From Acidimicrobiia bacterium (GTDB lineage Bacteria; Actinomycetota; Acidimicrobiia; Spongiisociales; ZC4RG35), in contig JAAXHN010000032.1 in NCBI GenBank assembly GCA_012270885.1, forward strand, positions 28,688 through 92,687: a stretch of DNA of 64,000 bases, written 5' to 3'. The notes below the pieces were generated by a model. It saw only the letters and a list, made by a program, of their open reading frames with translations. It was not told the DNA's origin and searched no databases. Numbering within the stretch: the stretch's first letter is position 1; every line of letters starts with the position of its first letter. Shown here in pieces: positions 54,881 to 64,000 of the stretch. Position numbers and translations under genes: made by a program.

Positions 54881-55882
54881 ATGTCCGAGGGCAGCTTCGC
54901 GGTGGCTCTGCCTAGCAATCACATCAGGGAAGCAATTCCATTGGCCAAGTTGGCGGATGCCGAGTCCGTCGACTCGCTCTGGACCATCGAAACTCGGCTG
55001 ACAGGAGATGCGATCACCCCACTCTCGGTGTACGCAGCCAATACAGCCCGGATCCGCGTGGGTACCGCCGGAATCCCCATCTGGACGCGGCATCCCGTGC
55101 TGATCGCTCAGACGTTCGCGACACTTCATGCGATGGCGCCCGGGCGAGTAGTGCTCGGTCTGAGTGCTTGGTGGGACCCGTTGGCGACTCGCGTGGGCCT
55201 CAGCCTCAAGAAGCCCGTTAAGGCCATGCGCGAGGTAATCGAATCGATCCGGCTTCTTCTTACTGCAGAGGGTCCTGTAAGTTACGCCGGCGAATTCGTC
55301 CGGCTACGAGAAGTTCGGCTGGAGAACCGGGTTGATGATACGCACAAGATCCGTATCTACATGGGTGCCGTGGGCCCTCAGCTTCTGCGTTTGGCTACCC
55401 GCGTGGCGGATGGAATCGTATTGAACGGCGGTCACACTGTGGCCGTAACGCGCCGCGAGGTTGAGGTGATCCGCGAGGAGGCGATGAAAGTAGGCCGCCC
55501 CTATGACGAGATTGAGATTCTCAAGATGATGCGGATCCGTGTCGATAACAACAAGGAGAGGGCGATTACAGGACACAAACCCGATGTTGCGCGCTACATT
55601 GCCGAACAAGCTCACATCGCCCGGTCCTCTGAAGCCGATCCTGGCCTTGTAACCCGTCTGAGATCGATGATGTCCTGGCCTTCATCCGAGAGCGAGGCCA
55701 TCAGGGCGGCTGAATTGGTCCCCGATAGTCTCGTCGAGAGCCTCGGGTGTTACGGTGACCACCAGGAAGTGCGCGGGAGGATCCGTGAGTATATGGCGGC
55801 TGGGATCACGATGCCTCTGCTCCTACCCGATAGCATCACATATATGCGCCGAGCAGTAGACCTGATGTTGGAAGGCTGGTGA
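54881..55882 (+). CDS. LLM-class (luciferase-like) flavin/F420-dependent oxidoreductase
   Basis: ESVDSLWTIETRLTGDAITPLSVYAANTARIRVGTAGIPIWTRHPVLIAQTFATLHAMAPGRVVLGLS is the typical LLM TIM-barrel N-terminal half. Confidence 0.8.
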   Translation: MSEGSFAVALPSNHIREAIPLAKLADAESVDSLWTIETRLTGDAITPLSVYAANTARIRVGTAGIPIWTRHPVLIAQTFATLHAMAPGRVVLGLSAWWDPLATRVGLSLKKPVKAMREVIESIRLLLTAEGPVSYAGEFVRLREVRLENRVDDTHKIRIYMGAVGPQLLRLATRVADGIVLNGGHTVAVTRREVEVIREEAMKVGRPYDEIEILKMMRIRVDNNKERAITGHKPDVARYIAEQAHIARSSEADPGLVTRLRSMMSWPSSESEAIRAAELVPDSLVESLGCYGDHQEVRGRIREYMAAGITMPLLLPDSITYMRRAVDLMLEGW

Positions 55883-55964
55883 TTTGACACCTCCATGCTG
55901 TACACCGCGCCGGAAGACTACGGTCGACTAGCCATCCCCGGACGCCGTACCGAAGAGCACCGCT

Positions 55965-56921
55965 GTGCTTGAAGTCACCAACCTCAAGGTCCATTTCACA
56001 ACGAGGCAGGGAACCGGGCGAGCTGTGGACGGTGTCTCCTTTCACTTGGAGCGAGGCGAGACGTTGGGGTTGGTGGGCGAGTCGGGATGCGGCAAGAGCA
56101 TCACCGCCCTCTCGATCATCGGGTTACATCCGAGGCCTGCCTCAAAGGTTGTTTGCGGTGAGATAGAACTGGATGGGGAGTCCATTCTCACGCTTTCGAA
56201 GCGGGAGATGCGCAAGGTTCGAGGAGAACGAATCTCCATGATTCTCCAGGATCCCCTGACGTCGCTGAATCCCGTTCTCACTATTGGCAAGCAGGTGGGC
56301 GAGCCGCTACGGCTCCATCGCAACATGGACAAGTCGGCGTCTCGTATTCGGGTGATCGAGTTGCTCCGTCAGTTACACATCCCCGAACCCGAGTCGAAGC
56401 TCGATGATCACCCCCACCAGTTCAGCGGTGGGATGCGTCAGAGAGTGGTGGGTGCGATCGCGTTGGCCGCAGACCCTGACCTGCTCATTGCGGACGAACC
56501 AACCACCGCGCTGGATGTTACGATCCAGGCTGCCTTTCTTGCTCACCTGAGAGCAGTACAGAGAGCGCGAGGTCTTGCGATTCTGTTCATCACTCATGAC
56601 TTCAGCATCATCGCCAAGATGTGCGACAGGGTGGCTGTCATGTACGCAGGAAAGATCGTTGAGACCGGGCCAACCGCTGAGCTGCTCTCCTCTCCACAAC
56701 ACCCTTATACGCAAGCGCTCCTTGAATCCGTTCCGTCTGTCGACCGGGGCAGAAAGCGGCTCCACTCCATAGGGGGGAGTCCACCGTCTATCTACGATCT
56801 GCCGAAGGGATGCACGTTTGAACCGCGATGCTCGTACGCCATGGACCGCTGCCGAGAGTCCTATCCTCTGCAATTTGACATCGCCGACGATCACTCAGTG
56901 AGTTGTTGGCTGCTGGAATGA
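55965..56921 (+). CDS. peptide/nickel-type ABC transporter ATP-binding protein (OppD/DppD-like)
   Basis: GLVGESGCGKS (Walker A), QFSGGMRQRV (signature), LLIADEPTTALD (Walker B), and the C-terminal oligopeptide-type extension with Cys residues. Confidence 0.9.
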   Translation: MLEVTNLKVHFTTRQGTGRAVDGVSFHLERGETLGLVGESGCGKSITALSIIGLHPRPASKVVCGEIELDGESILTLSKREMRKVRGERISMILQDPLTSLNPVLTIGKQVGEPLRLHRNMDKSASRIRVIELLRQLHIPEPESKLDDHPHQFSGGMRQRVVGAIALAADPDLLIADEPTTALDVTIQAAFLAHLRAVQRARGLAILFITHDFSIIAKMCDRVAVMYAGKIVETGPTAELLSSPQHPYTQALLESVPSVDRGRKRLHSIGGSPPSIYDLPKGCTFEPRCSYAMDRCRESYPLQFDIADDHSVSCWLLE

Positions 56922-57937
56922 GCCACCCCGACCCCATCATCGGCGTCAGAGACCTCAAAAAACACTTTCCCATTGGCGGTGGAACTCTTTTGCCGGGGAA
57001 GGAGAGGAAGTTTGTTCGTGCCGTGGATGGTGTGACGCTCAACCTCCATGCACGAGAAACCTTGAGCCTGGTTGGCGAATCCGGATCAGGAAAGACGACC
57101 ACTGCTCGTATGATCCTCCGGCTCATCACCCCCACATCCGGCCGTGTCGTCTTCGAGGGGGAAGACGTGGCGGAGTTACGGGGCACCAAGCTAAGGCACT
57201 TTCGAGCATCGGTTCAGGCGGTGTTCCAGGACCCCTGGAGTTCTCTTAACCCCCGCAAGCGAGCTGAATCGATCATTGCTGAACCGATAGTCATCAACCA
57301 ACCTTTGCCAAAGGCGGAGCTTAAAGGTCGTGTCGAAGAGCTTCTTGCGGCCGTAGGGCTCGGTCCCGCCGTCATGAGGCATTACCCGCATGAGTTCAGT
57401 GGTGGAATGCGTCAGCGCATTGCGGTTGCTCGTGCACTCGCGCTCAATCCGTCCGTCATCATCCTCGACGAGCCAGTATCGGCACTCGATGTCTCGATCC
57501 GGGCGCAGATCATGAACCTCCTCCGCGACCTCCAAGAGAGCTTTCATATCTCGTATCTACTCATCGCTCACGACCTCGCGACCGTCCGCTATCTGAGCGA
57601 CAGAGTGGCTGTGATGTATCTTGGAAGACTTGTAGAGGCGGCGCCTTCAGAAGAGCTGTTTGAGAACCCGTTGCATCCCTATACCCAGGCGCTGATTGCC
57701 GGCTCACGATCGACGACGATGGTGGATGAAGAAGCAGCACGTCTTCTGGCTTCCGAGATCCCGTCGCCTGTGAACCCCCCTTCCGGTTGTGCCTTCTATG
57801 CCCGCTGTCCGGTCTCGACAGCGGCAAGAAGCGACGACCCGATCTTCTACGAAAGAACCGTAACCGAGAGACCGGAGCTCATCGAAGTCCGGCCTGGTCA
57901 CCTGGTAGCCTGTCATCAATTCGATCCCAAGGACTAA
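56903..57937 (+). CDS. peptide/nickel-type ABC transporter ATP-binding protein (OppF/DppF-like)
   Basis: LVGESGSGKTT, EFSGGMRQRIAVARAL, IILDEPVSALD, PPSGCAFYARCP. Confidence 0.9.
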   Translation: MLAAGMSHPDPIIGVRDLKKHFPIGGGTLLPGKERKFVRAVDGVTLNLHARETLSLVGESGSGKTTTARMILRLITPTSGRVVFEGEDVAELRGTKLRHFRASVQAVFQDPWSSLNPRKRAESIIAEPIVINQPLPKAELKGRVEELLAAVGLGPAVMRHYPHEFSGGMRQRIAVARALALNPSVIILDEPVSALDVSIRAQIMNLLRDLQESFHISYLLIAHDLATVRYLSDRVAVMYLGRLVEAAPSEELFENPLHPYTQALIAGSRSTTMVDEEAARLLASEIPSPVNPPSGCAFYARCPVSTAARSDDPIFYERTVTERPELIEVRPGHLVACHQFDPKD

Positions 57938-58049
57938 GAACGGAGCCGCGGTCTTCTATACGTAAATTTGGCAAAATAGAAGTATCGTCCACGGCCGGGA
58001 TCCGATTGCCGCTGTTAGGGTTTTGTTAGCGCGATCGCGAAAGGGAAAA

Positions 58050-59771
58050 ATGATCATGCGACGGTACCTGGCTCTCTTGTCCTCACTCCTGATTATGTTG
58101 GCTGCTTGTGGAGACGGTGATGCGGACACACCAGCAACCACCGCAACCCAGGCAACGGCCACCACTGAACCTGCCCCTGCACCTACCACTGCGCCGGAGA
58201 CCACAACCGAAGAAACGGCTGCGACGACCGCACCGCCGACTTCAACGACGACTACCGCCCCTGCCCCACCGGAAGTTGTGCCCACTGGGACCGTGACCGT
58301 GGCGATTCCAACCTTCGGCAATGAACTCCTTGATCCGACCCGGTCCTCGAACCCCGATTTGCCGTACTGGGGCAACGCCTTTGACTTCCTCATGGGTATG
58401 GATGAGAACGGAAACCCGACCACCGAAACCGGTGCGGCCAGGTCTGTCGAATCTTCCCCGGACGCCAAGGTTTGGACGATCGAACTCCGCGAGGGCATGA
58501 CATTCCACGACGGTGAGGAGGTCACCGCTGAGGACGTCGCCTTCAGTTTCGAGTTGTACGCGAGGGAGGAGTCTGCCTGCACCTCCTGCGGAAAGATGCA
58601 GAAGAACTTCGATTCTGCCGCTGTCACGGGCACATACACCCTTGAAGTGACCTTCAAGGAGCCAAACGCCCTGTTCCTTCGCGACCTGACCAGAGTGAAT
58701 GACACCCTTGCCATCATCCCGAAGCACCACTGGGAAGCAATGGGGGGCGGCGATGGGTTCAACGCCAATCCTCTCGGAAGCGGACCCTATGTCTTCAGCG
58801 ATCGCGCCATTGGCGAGTTCGTCGAGTTCAAGGCGAACACCGAGTACTGGAACCCTGACCGGGTACCCGGATTCGAGACTCTCCGCTTAGTCCTCGCTCC
58901 CGAAGCGACCAGCCGTTTGGCCCTGCTCGAGCGCGGAGACGCCGATCTTGCGTTGATGGACCCGTTCACGGCCCCCGACGTGTTGGCCGCCGGCCTGGAA
59001 ATTGCCGGGCCGAAACGCGTCCAGACATTGAGTCTCGCCTTTGGTATGCCCTGGAAGACCGAGTTCTTCTACCACAACCAGGCTGCCCGCGAGGCTCTGA
59101 TCAAGGCGGTTGACGTCGCAGCGATCGTATCCGCTATCTACCCTGAGGGGACAGCGACACCGGCCGCCAGCTTCGCGGCGGTTCCGAGCCAGGAAGGGCA
59201 CGACCCCAGCCTGACTCCATACGCGTACGATCCCGCTGCTGCTGCGCAGGCAATTCAGGATCTGGGGCTCGTCGGCCAAGAGATCACGATGTACCAATAC
59301 GCGTTCGGGGCAACGCCGGAGTTCCCGCAGATACAAGAAGCTGTTGCGGCCTTTTGGACCATAGCCGGGCTTAGCCCTCAGTTGAGGCCCACAGACTTCG
59401 CCAGTATCCGCCCGTATTTCCTCGAGGCTCCGTACTTCACCGAGCCCTTCACCCACCTTTGGTTCGTTACAGCCGGCACAACCACGGAGAACGCCCTGAG
59501 GATCGGGGTCATCAGCAAGGACATCGGAGGCTTCTACTCGGCTTTCGGCGATCCTGTACTCGACGATATCTACGGTCAATACCGATCCGAAGTTGACCCT
59601 GAGAAGAGAGCGGCTCTCGCCGGCGACGCCGTCAGCCTGATCTACGACACCTTCGCGGTGCTTCCTATCGCCACCACCGACATGATTTGGGGTAAGGGTC
59701 CCCGGATAGCCAGTTGGTCACCAACCAACGGATCGATAGCGGCCGTTAACTTCGAGACCCTCAGGCCATGA
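58050..59771 (+). CDS. family-5 (peptide/nickel) ABC substrate-binding lipoprotein
   Basis: Lipobox LLIMLAAC and a Thr/Ala/Pro linker. Then the family-5 SBP pattern (..WTIELREGMTFHDGEEVTAEDVAFSFE.., GSGPYVF). Confidence 0.85.
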   Translation: MIMRRYLALLSSLLIMLAACGDGDADTPATTATQATATTEPAPAPTTAPETTTEETAATTAPPTSTTTTAPAPPEVVPTGTVTVAIPTFGNELLDPTRSSNPDLPYWGNAFDFLMGMDENGNPTTETGAARSVESSPDAKVWTIELREGMTFHDGEEVTAEDVAFSFELYAREESACTSCGKMQKNFDSAAVTGTYTLEVTFKEPNALFLRDLTRVNDTLAIIPKHHWEAMGGGDGFNANPLGSGPYVFSDRAIGEFVEFKANTEYWNPDRVPGFETLRLVLAPEATSRLALLERGDADLALMDPFTAPDVLAAGLEIAGPKRVQTLSLAFGMPWKTEFFYHNQAAREALIKAVDVAAIVSAIYPEGTATPAASFAAVPSQEGHDPSLTPYAYDPAAAAQAIQDLGLVGQEITMYQYAFGATPEFPQIQEAVAAFWTIAGLSPQLRPTDFASIRPYFLEAPYFTEPFTHLWFVTAGTTTENALRIGVISKDIGGFYSAFGDPVLDDIYGQYRSEVDPEKRAALAGDAVSLIYDTFAVLPIATTDMIWGKGPRIASWSPTNGSIAAVNFETLRP

Positions 59772-59794
59772 CGACCGGTCACGAATGGGTTTGA

Positions 59795-60805
59795 ATGCGT
59801 AGCCTGATGAGCGACCTGCCCAAGAGATTCGGAATCAAGTTACCGGGCGTTGGAATACAGGACAATACCGAGTTGGCTCAATACGCTGATGACGTTGGTG
59901 TGGAGTCGGTTTGGATGGCTGAAGGGCGTCTCACCTTTGATGCGATAACTCCGATGGCCGTATATGCGGCCAGCACGAAGAGGGTCAGGGTCGCATGTGG
60001 TGTGCTGCCCATCTTCACTCGCAATCCGGCCCTGATCGCACAGACCTTTGCGACCTTGGACTTCCTGGCGCCGGGGAGGATAATTCTCGGTCTGGGTGTA
60101 TGGTGGGATCCGATCGCCACGAAGGTTGGCATTGACCGCGGGACCAAACTCATCCGGGCGGCCCGTGAATACCTCGAAGCGATTCGACTTCTGCTTGAAC
60201 GTAGGGAACCGGTCACGTATGAGGGTGAATATGTACGGTTCGATGATGTGTTCCTCGACCACGGCGCAACCGGTCCACACCATGTTCCGATCTACTTGGC
60301 CGCCGTGGGACCGCAGATGCTCAGACTGGCCGGTCGCCTTGCCGACGGTGTGGTCCTGAACAGCAGTCACACTGTCGAGGCCACGCGGGATGAGGTTCAG
60401 CAGGTGCTGGTGGGGGCCGAGGCAGCAGGCCGCAGCCTCGACGACATAGATATCGTGCAGCCATGCACCATTCGTCTTACGAACGACAAGCCGACCGCCA
60501 TCGCTCAGGACAAGGTGGTCGTCACACAGTTCATCGCGCAGCAACCACACGTTGCAGGACCTACCGGAATCGAACCGGAGTTGGCTGATCGAATCCGAGA
60601 CATAGTGGGCGGTTGGCCGGCGAGCCGAAGCTCCATTGTGGAGGCGTCCAAGCTGGTTCCTGACGAGATCATTGAGAATATCGGTTGTTACGGGAGCGAT
60701 GATGAAGTGAGAGAACGGCTGCGCGCATACGAAGGTGCAGGGGTGGATTGCCTCTATGCCGCCGCCGACAAGGCACTGATCGACTTCCTCGCGCAGGGCT
60801 GGTGA
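59795..60805 (+). CDS. LLM-class flavin/F420-dependent oxidoreductase (paralogue of 54881-55882)
   Basis: VESVWMAEGRLTFDAITPMAVYAASTKRVRVACGVLPIFTRNPALIAQTFATLDFLAPGRIILGLG is collinear with the first LLM protein. Confidence 0.8.
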   Translation: MRSLMSDLPKRFGIKLPGVGIQDNTELAQYADDVGVESVWMAEGRLTFDAITPMAVYAASTKRVRVACGVLPIFTRNPALIAQTFATLDFLAPGRIILGLGVWWDPIATKVGIDRGTKLIRAAREYLEAIRLLLERREPVTYEGEYVRFDDVFLDHGATGPHHVPIYLAAVGPQMLRLAGRLADGVVLNSSHTVEATRDEVQQVLVGAEAAGRSLDDIDIVQPCTIRLTNDKPTAIAQDKVVVTQFIAQQPHVAGPTGIEPELADRIRDIVGGWPASRSSIVEASKLVPDEIIENIGCYGSDDEVRERLRAYEGAGVDCLYAAADKALIDFLAQGW

Positions 60806-60822
60806 CCTGAATAGTCAATCCG

Positions 60823-61638
60823 ATGCTCACTGTAGATACCCACTGCCATGTCCTCGATACATGGTTTGAACCGGTTGAGGTACTCCTTTTCCAGATGGCG
60901 CGAGCCGATGTTGACAAAGCTGTATTGGTTCAGTTATCCACCAACTATGACAACAGCTATCTTGTTGAGTGTTCCAATCGATTCCCGGGGCGGTTTGCCA
61001 TCGTGGGCTCTGTCGACACTTCTGCACCAGACTGCCTGGAGAAACTCGAATACTGGGCCGGCCTGGGTGTGATAGGGGTCCGGTTGACGCCGATGCAGAA
61101 GTCAGCAGGCAAGGCTCCCCTCGCGGTCTGGAAGAAGGCGAACTCGTTGGGCATGTTGGTGGACCTGTGGGCTTGGCATGGCCCTGATGCAATGAAGGGA
61201 TTCGTGTCCGACGAATACGTCGGACTGGTGGAAAGCTTTCCGCAGATGCCATTCATCATCGAACACCTCGGGTATGTGGCCAATGACCCGGATCCTCCTT
61301 ATGCCGACTTCCAAAGGATCCTGGCGTTGAATCGATACGCCAATGTCTTTTTGAAACTTCCCGGGATCGGTGAGTTCGTTCCCAGACCGGTCCCTCACCG
61401 CAGTCCACCATATGACTTTGACGCCATCCCACCCTTCATCGACATGGCTCTCGATGCTTTCGGGCCGGATCGGGTAATGGTCGGATCCGACCATCCTCGT
61501 TGCTCGGATTGGGAAGGATATTCGAACGTCTTCGGGTACCTGCGGGAGTACCTTGGGCGCCTGCTGAACGCAGATGAGATGGCCTCGGTCTTGGGGGCTA
61601 CCGCCGAGCGGATCTATTTCGCCAACCCGGTGGAGTGA
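60823..61638 (+). CDS. amidohydrolase-2 family metal-dependent hydrolase
   Basis: MLTVDTHCHVLD (HxH metal site), IIEHLG, and MVGSDHP, typical of the amidohydrolase 2 / ACMSD-like fold. Confidence 0.7.
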   Translation: MLTVDTHCHVLDTWFEPVEVLLFQMARADVDKAVLVQLSTNYDNSYLVECSNRFPGRFAIVGSVDTSAPDCLEKLEYWAGLGVIGVRLTPMQKSAGKAPLAVWKKANSLGMLVDLWAWHGPDAMKGFVSDEYVGLVESFPQMPFIIEHLGYVANDPDPPYADFQRILALNRYANVFLKLPGIGEFVPRPVPHRSPPYDFDAIPPFIDMALDAFGPDRVMVGSDHPRCSDWEGYSNVFGYLREYLGRLLNADEMASVLGATAERIYFANPVE

Positions 61639-61760
61639 GAATCGTTGCCGTGTGGTATGACACCCTCACCCGAAGAGGGTGTACGGTGGTGAGTCGGTGT
61701 CGTGGCTGCGGCGTGACCGGACCCCAAGGGTACGCGGACAATACCCACTGCAGTGGCTGA

Positions 61761-62912
61761 ATGAGGTCGGCTCGGGTTACGACAGTCGCCTCAAGCGTGG
61801 TGGCGCTGGCTGCTGTGCCGGTATTCCTAACCGGTGCCATGGGCGTTCAGATACGCGCCGAATTCGGGCTTGGTCCTGCTGGATTCGGCATGATGCTGAG
61901 CGCGTTTCACGTCAGCTCTACTTTGGCATCGCCGGCCTTGGGGCGAGCTGCCGAGAGACACCCGGCGATGTCAATGCGATGGGCTGTGACTCTCACTCTT
62001 GTGTCCCTTGTCGGTGTCGCGCTGGGAGGGAGAAGTCCCGTTCTGTACGCAGGCTGCCTAATCGGAACCGGGCTGGGGTTCGCATTAGCGCAGACTTCTA
62101 CGAATCTCTTCATCACGCGAACAGTGCCTGCAGGCAACCGGGCCACGGTCCTGGGTATCAAGCACGCTGCCATTCCGCTCGCCGCCTTGTTGGCGGGACT
62201 AGCGGTGCCGACGGTTGCCGTAACGATTGGTTGGCGCTGGGCCTTCGCCATCGCAGCAGGCGGTGCGACTCTCCTATGGGCGTGGCTGCCGAAGTCATTC
62301 ACCGGGTTCAGAAACCCTCCTGCAAAGGATGGCGAAGGCAGTCCCCCGAAGGAACTGATCGTGCTGGTATTGGCAACTATTCTGGCGATGGCCAGCGGTT
62401 CTGCCCTTAGTGCCTTCCTGGTCTCCTTCGCAGTCGCCACGGGCATCAGCGCGGCTTCTGCCGGATTCCTACTCTCCGCAGGCGGTGCTTCAGCTATTGC
62501 CATGCGAGTCACGTGGGGATGGATAGCCGATCGCCGGTCAACCCGAGGTTTCGTTGGCATAGTGTGGCTTCTGACTGTTGGCAGCGTAGGCTATTTGCTG
62601 CTTAGCACCGAGCAACCAACGCTTGTCCTCGTCGGTGCCATGACCTCGTTCGCGGGGGTTTTGGGGTGGTCCGGGCTCCTGGTTCACGCGGTAGTTGACA
62701 GGAATCTGAAAGCTCCCGCTCGTGCCACAGGGGTGACCCAGGTCGGCTTCTACGCAGGAGGCGGAATCGGGCCGCCACTCTTCGGTTTTCTGATCGATCA
62801 ATTCTCATATCGTTTCGCGTGGATGACAGCCGCCGGCTTAGTGCTTGTTGCAGCCGGTCTCGTCCTTGCAGTGGAGTTGAGTAGTCGCGCCAAGCGGACC
62901 CGGCCCAGCTAG
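61761..62912 (+). CDS. MFS transporter
   Basis: About 12 predicted TM helices. Loop motif GRAAERHPAM after TM2, typical of MFS. Confidence 0.75.
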   Translation: MRSARVTTVASSVVALAAVPVFLTGAMGVQIRAEFGLGPAGFGMMLSAFHVSSTLASPALGRAAERHPAMSMRWAVTLTLVSLVGVALGGRSPVLYAGCLIGTGLGFALAQTSTNLFITRTVPAGNRATVLGIKHAAIPLAALLAGLAVPTVAVTIGWRWAFAIAAGGATLLWAWLPKSFTGFRNPPAKDGEGSPPKELIVLVLATILAMASGSALSAFLVSFAVATGISAASAGFLLSAGGASAIAMRVTWGWIADRRSTRGFVGIVWLLTVGSVGYLLLSTEQPTLVLVGAMTSFAGVLGWSGLLVHAVVDRNLKAPARATGVTQVGFYAGGGIGPPLFGFLIDQFSYRFAWMTAAGLVLVAAGLVLAVELSSRAKRTRPS

Positions 62913-63089
62913 GCCGCATCCTCCCCTCGCAGCACCAGAGAAGGTCGAGACATGAACCCGACTGGACCCGAACAAACACTGGCTCACCGGCACAACGACT
63001 CCTTCAAAGTCGACACGAGAGTTCATGGAAACACTATCCTCAACTCACACTGAGGTAGGTTTTCCATCCTGAATAGGAGGTCTGGCCGG

Positions 63090-63199
63090 ATGAGCCCAGC
63101 TATTCCGGAGATGGAACGTTACCGCCAAATCACCCCCGGGTCTCGAGCGCTTTGGGAGCGAGCCACACGTGTCCTGCCGGGCGGGGACACTCGATCCAG
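63090..63199 (+). pseudogene. 5' fragment of a class-III aminotransferase (GSA-aminomutase-like) gene
   Basis: The first about 35 codons, MERYRQITPGSRALWERATRVLPGGDTRSSIYW, match the conserved N-terminus (S..L.ERA..V.PGG.TR). The remaining ORF is non-family sequence. Confidence 0.5.
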
Positions 63200-63211
63200 C
63201 ATCTATTGGCG

Positions 63212-63508
63212 ATCGCCGCGCTCTGCGGGGTTGTCCGCGACATGGGAGGTGTGTGCGTCACTCACATTCGTTACGAATCTGGTGATGGCTTCATCGATCC
63301 CAACCTTGAGGCACTCGACGTCGGGAGAAGAACGGGAGTGCCGGTCCATGTCTCGCACTACGCCAGCACTTGGAAGCGCAACGGCCAGTTCCGTCCCTTG
63401 CTGAGGCTCGTGGAGGATGCAACTTCCGACGGCGTTGATGTGACATTCGATGCCTACCCGTACGTGCACACCGGCGCTCTCCCGGGCCGAGTCTTGCGGC
63501 ATGGGTGA
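63212..63508 (+). pseudogene. internal fragment of an N-acyl-D-amino-acid deacylase (D-aminoacylase) gene
   Basis: A different frame reads AALCGVVRDMGGVCVTHIRYESGDGFIDPNLEALDVGRRTGVPVHVSHYAS...LLRLVEDATSDGVDVTFDAYPYVHTGAL. This matches the central H-R-E / PVHxSH / DxYPY region only; the N- and C-terminal parts are missing. Confidence 0.55.
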
Positions 63509-63553
63509 CCAAACCCAACGTTCGATGTGTCCAGGGATTCGGATGACGCCGCC

Positions 63554-64000
63554 GTGATCATCAAGGGCGGCCGTGTTGTGACAGAAGTTGGCGTTGTCGA
63601 TGCGGACATCCTCGTTGTCGACGGGTCCATCGAGTCGATCGGATCTGACTTTTCCGGAGGTCCGGTCGTGGATGCTCGCGGAGCATGGGTGTTACCCGGC
63701 GTCGTTGATCCGCATGTTCACACATCGGTGGGTGGGTTCCACACCATGGATCCCCTCGCCGAGGATCTGAAGCAGGCGACCGCCGCGGCTCTCATGGGCG
63801 GTGTCACGACGGTGGCAGCCTATGTCAATCGTGGACCCGAGATGGGATTGATCGACACCGTCAAATACCAAATCCAGTTCGGTAACGAGCATTCTGCGGT
63901 CGACTTTGCTATCAACGCTCTGTGTCTTCCGGGGGACCCGCTGACCGAGGTGGTTGATGCGGGCGTGGGATTGGGCGTAACCACATACAAGGCCTTTCTT
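63554..64000 (+). CDS. dihydropyrimidinase/hydantoinase-like cyclic amidohydrolase, N-terminal part (continues beyond window end)
   Basis: Absent from the track (no stop in the window). My translation from GTG 63554 reads VIIKGGRVVTEVGVVDADILVVDGSIESIGSDFSGGPVVDARGAWVLPGVVDPHVHTSVGG..LMGGVTTV..TYKAFL, including the HxH metal site. Confidence 0.75.
   Translation, partial: MIIKGGRVVTEVGVVDADILVVDGSIESIGSDFSGGPVVDARGAWVLPGVVDPHVHTSVGGFHTMDPLAEDLKQATAAALMGGVTTVAAYVNRGPEMGLIDTVKYQIQFGNEHSAVDFAINALCLPGDPLTEVVDAGVGLGVTTYKAFL

Noticed and set aside
58108-58290. Repetitive-looking ACC/GCC/CCG-rich stretches (also 36570-36720 and 40850-41000), considered as possible repeat arrays
   Set aside because: They are in-frame Thr/Ala/Pro-rich linkers after lipoprotein or TM anchors of secreted proteins. 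They show no regular repeat-spacer periodicity, so they are not CRISPR or tandem-repeat loci.

Overview
High-GC (about 66-72% in hand-counted core lines) chromosomal segment with Actinomycetota-type synteny: ileS / dksA-like / lspA / rluD / rhomboid / dnaE. Further on come a split trp operon (trpE, trpCFBA), a Gram-positive-type Tad/Flp pilus locus, uppP, plsY-moeA-moaC and three tRNAs (Gln-CTG, Glu-CTC, Ala-CGC). Three lower-GC accessory patches (about 57-58% in sampled lines) interrupt this backbone. (1) 7.8-20.9 kb is a defence island between dnaE and an MscS channel gene. It holds a decayed toxin-antitoxin (TA) locus, an intact vapBC pair, and a methylation-associated module: an SNF2 helicase fused to a DUF3883 nuclease-like domain, a DUF1156 DNA methyltransferase and a HEPN-DUF499 ATPase. 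The module is split by an opposite-strand pair (a STAND-like ATPase with wHTH and a nuclease-like C-terminus, plus a DUF3024 protein). The methyltransferase is broken by a +1 frameshift inside a G11 run that encodes its SAM-binding GGG motif. (2) 41.8-49.7 kb has tRNA-Gln and tRNA-Glu followed by an excisionase-like HTH gene, an unknown protein and the tad locus. (3) 54.6-64 kb follows tRNA-Ala and is a decaying catabolic island: two LLM oxidoreductases, peptide-type ABC ATPases and a binding protein without permeases, an amidohydrolase, an MFS transporter, a mosaic of gene fragments and a hydantoinase-like gene. Four PIN/VapBC-type TA loci occur in total, one of them inside the trp operon. 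I found no CRISPR array, rRNA, transposase or integrase. All assignments come from reading the translated ORFs and the nucleotide sequence by eye; no searches were run.
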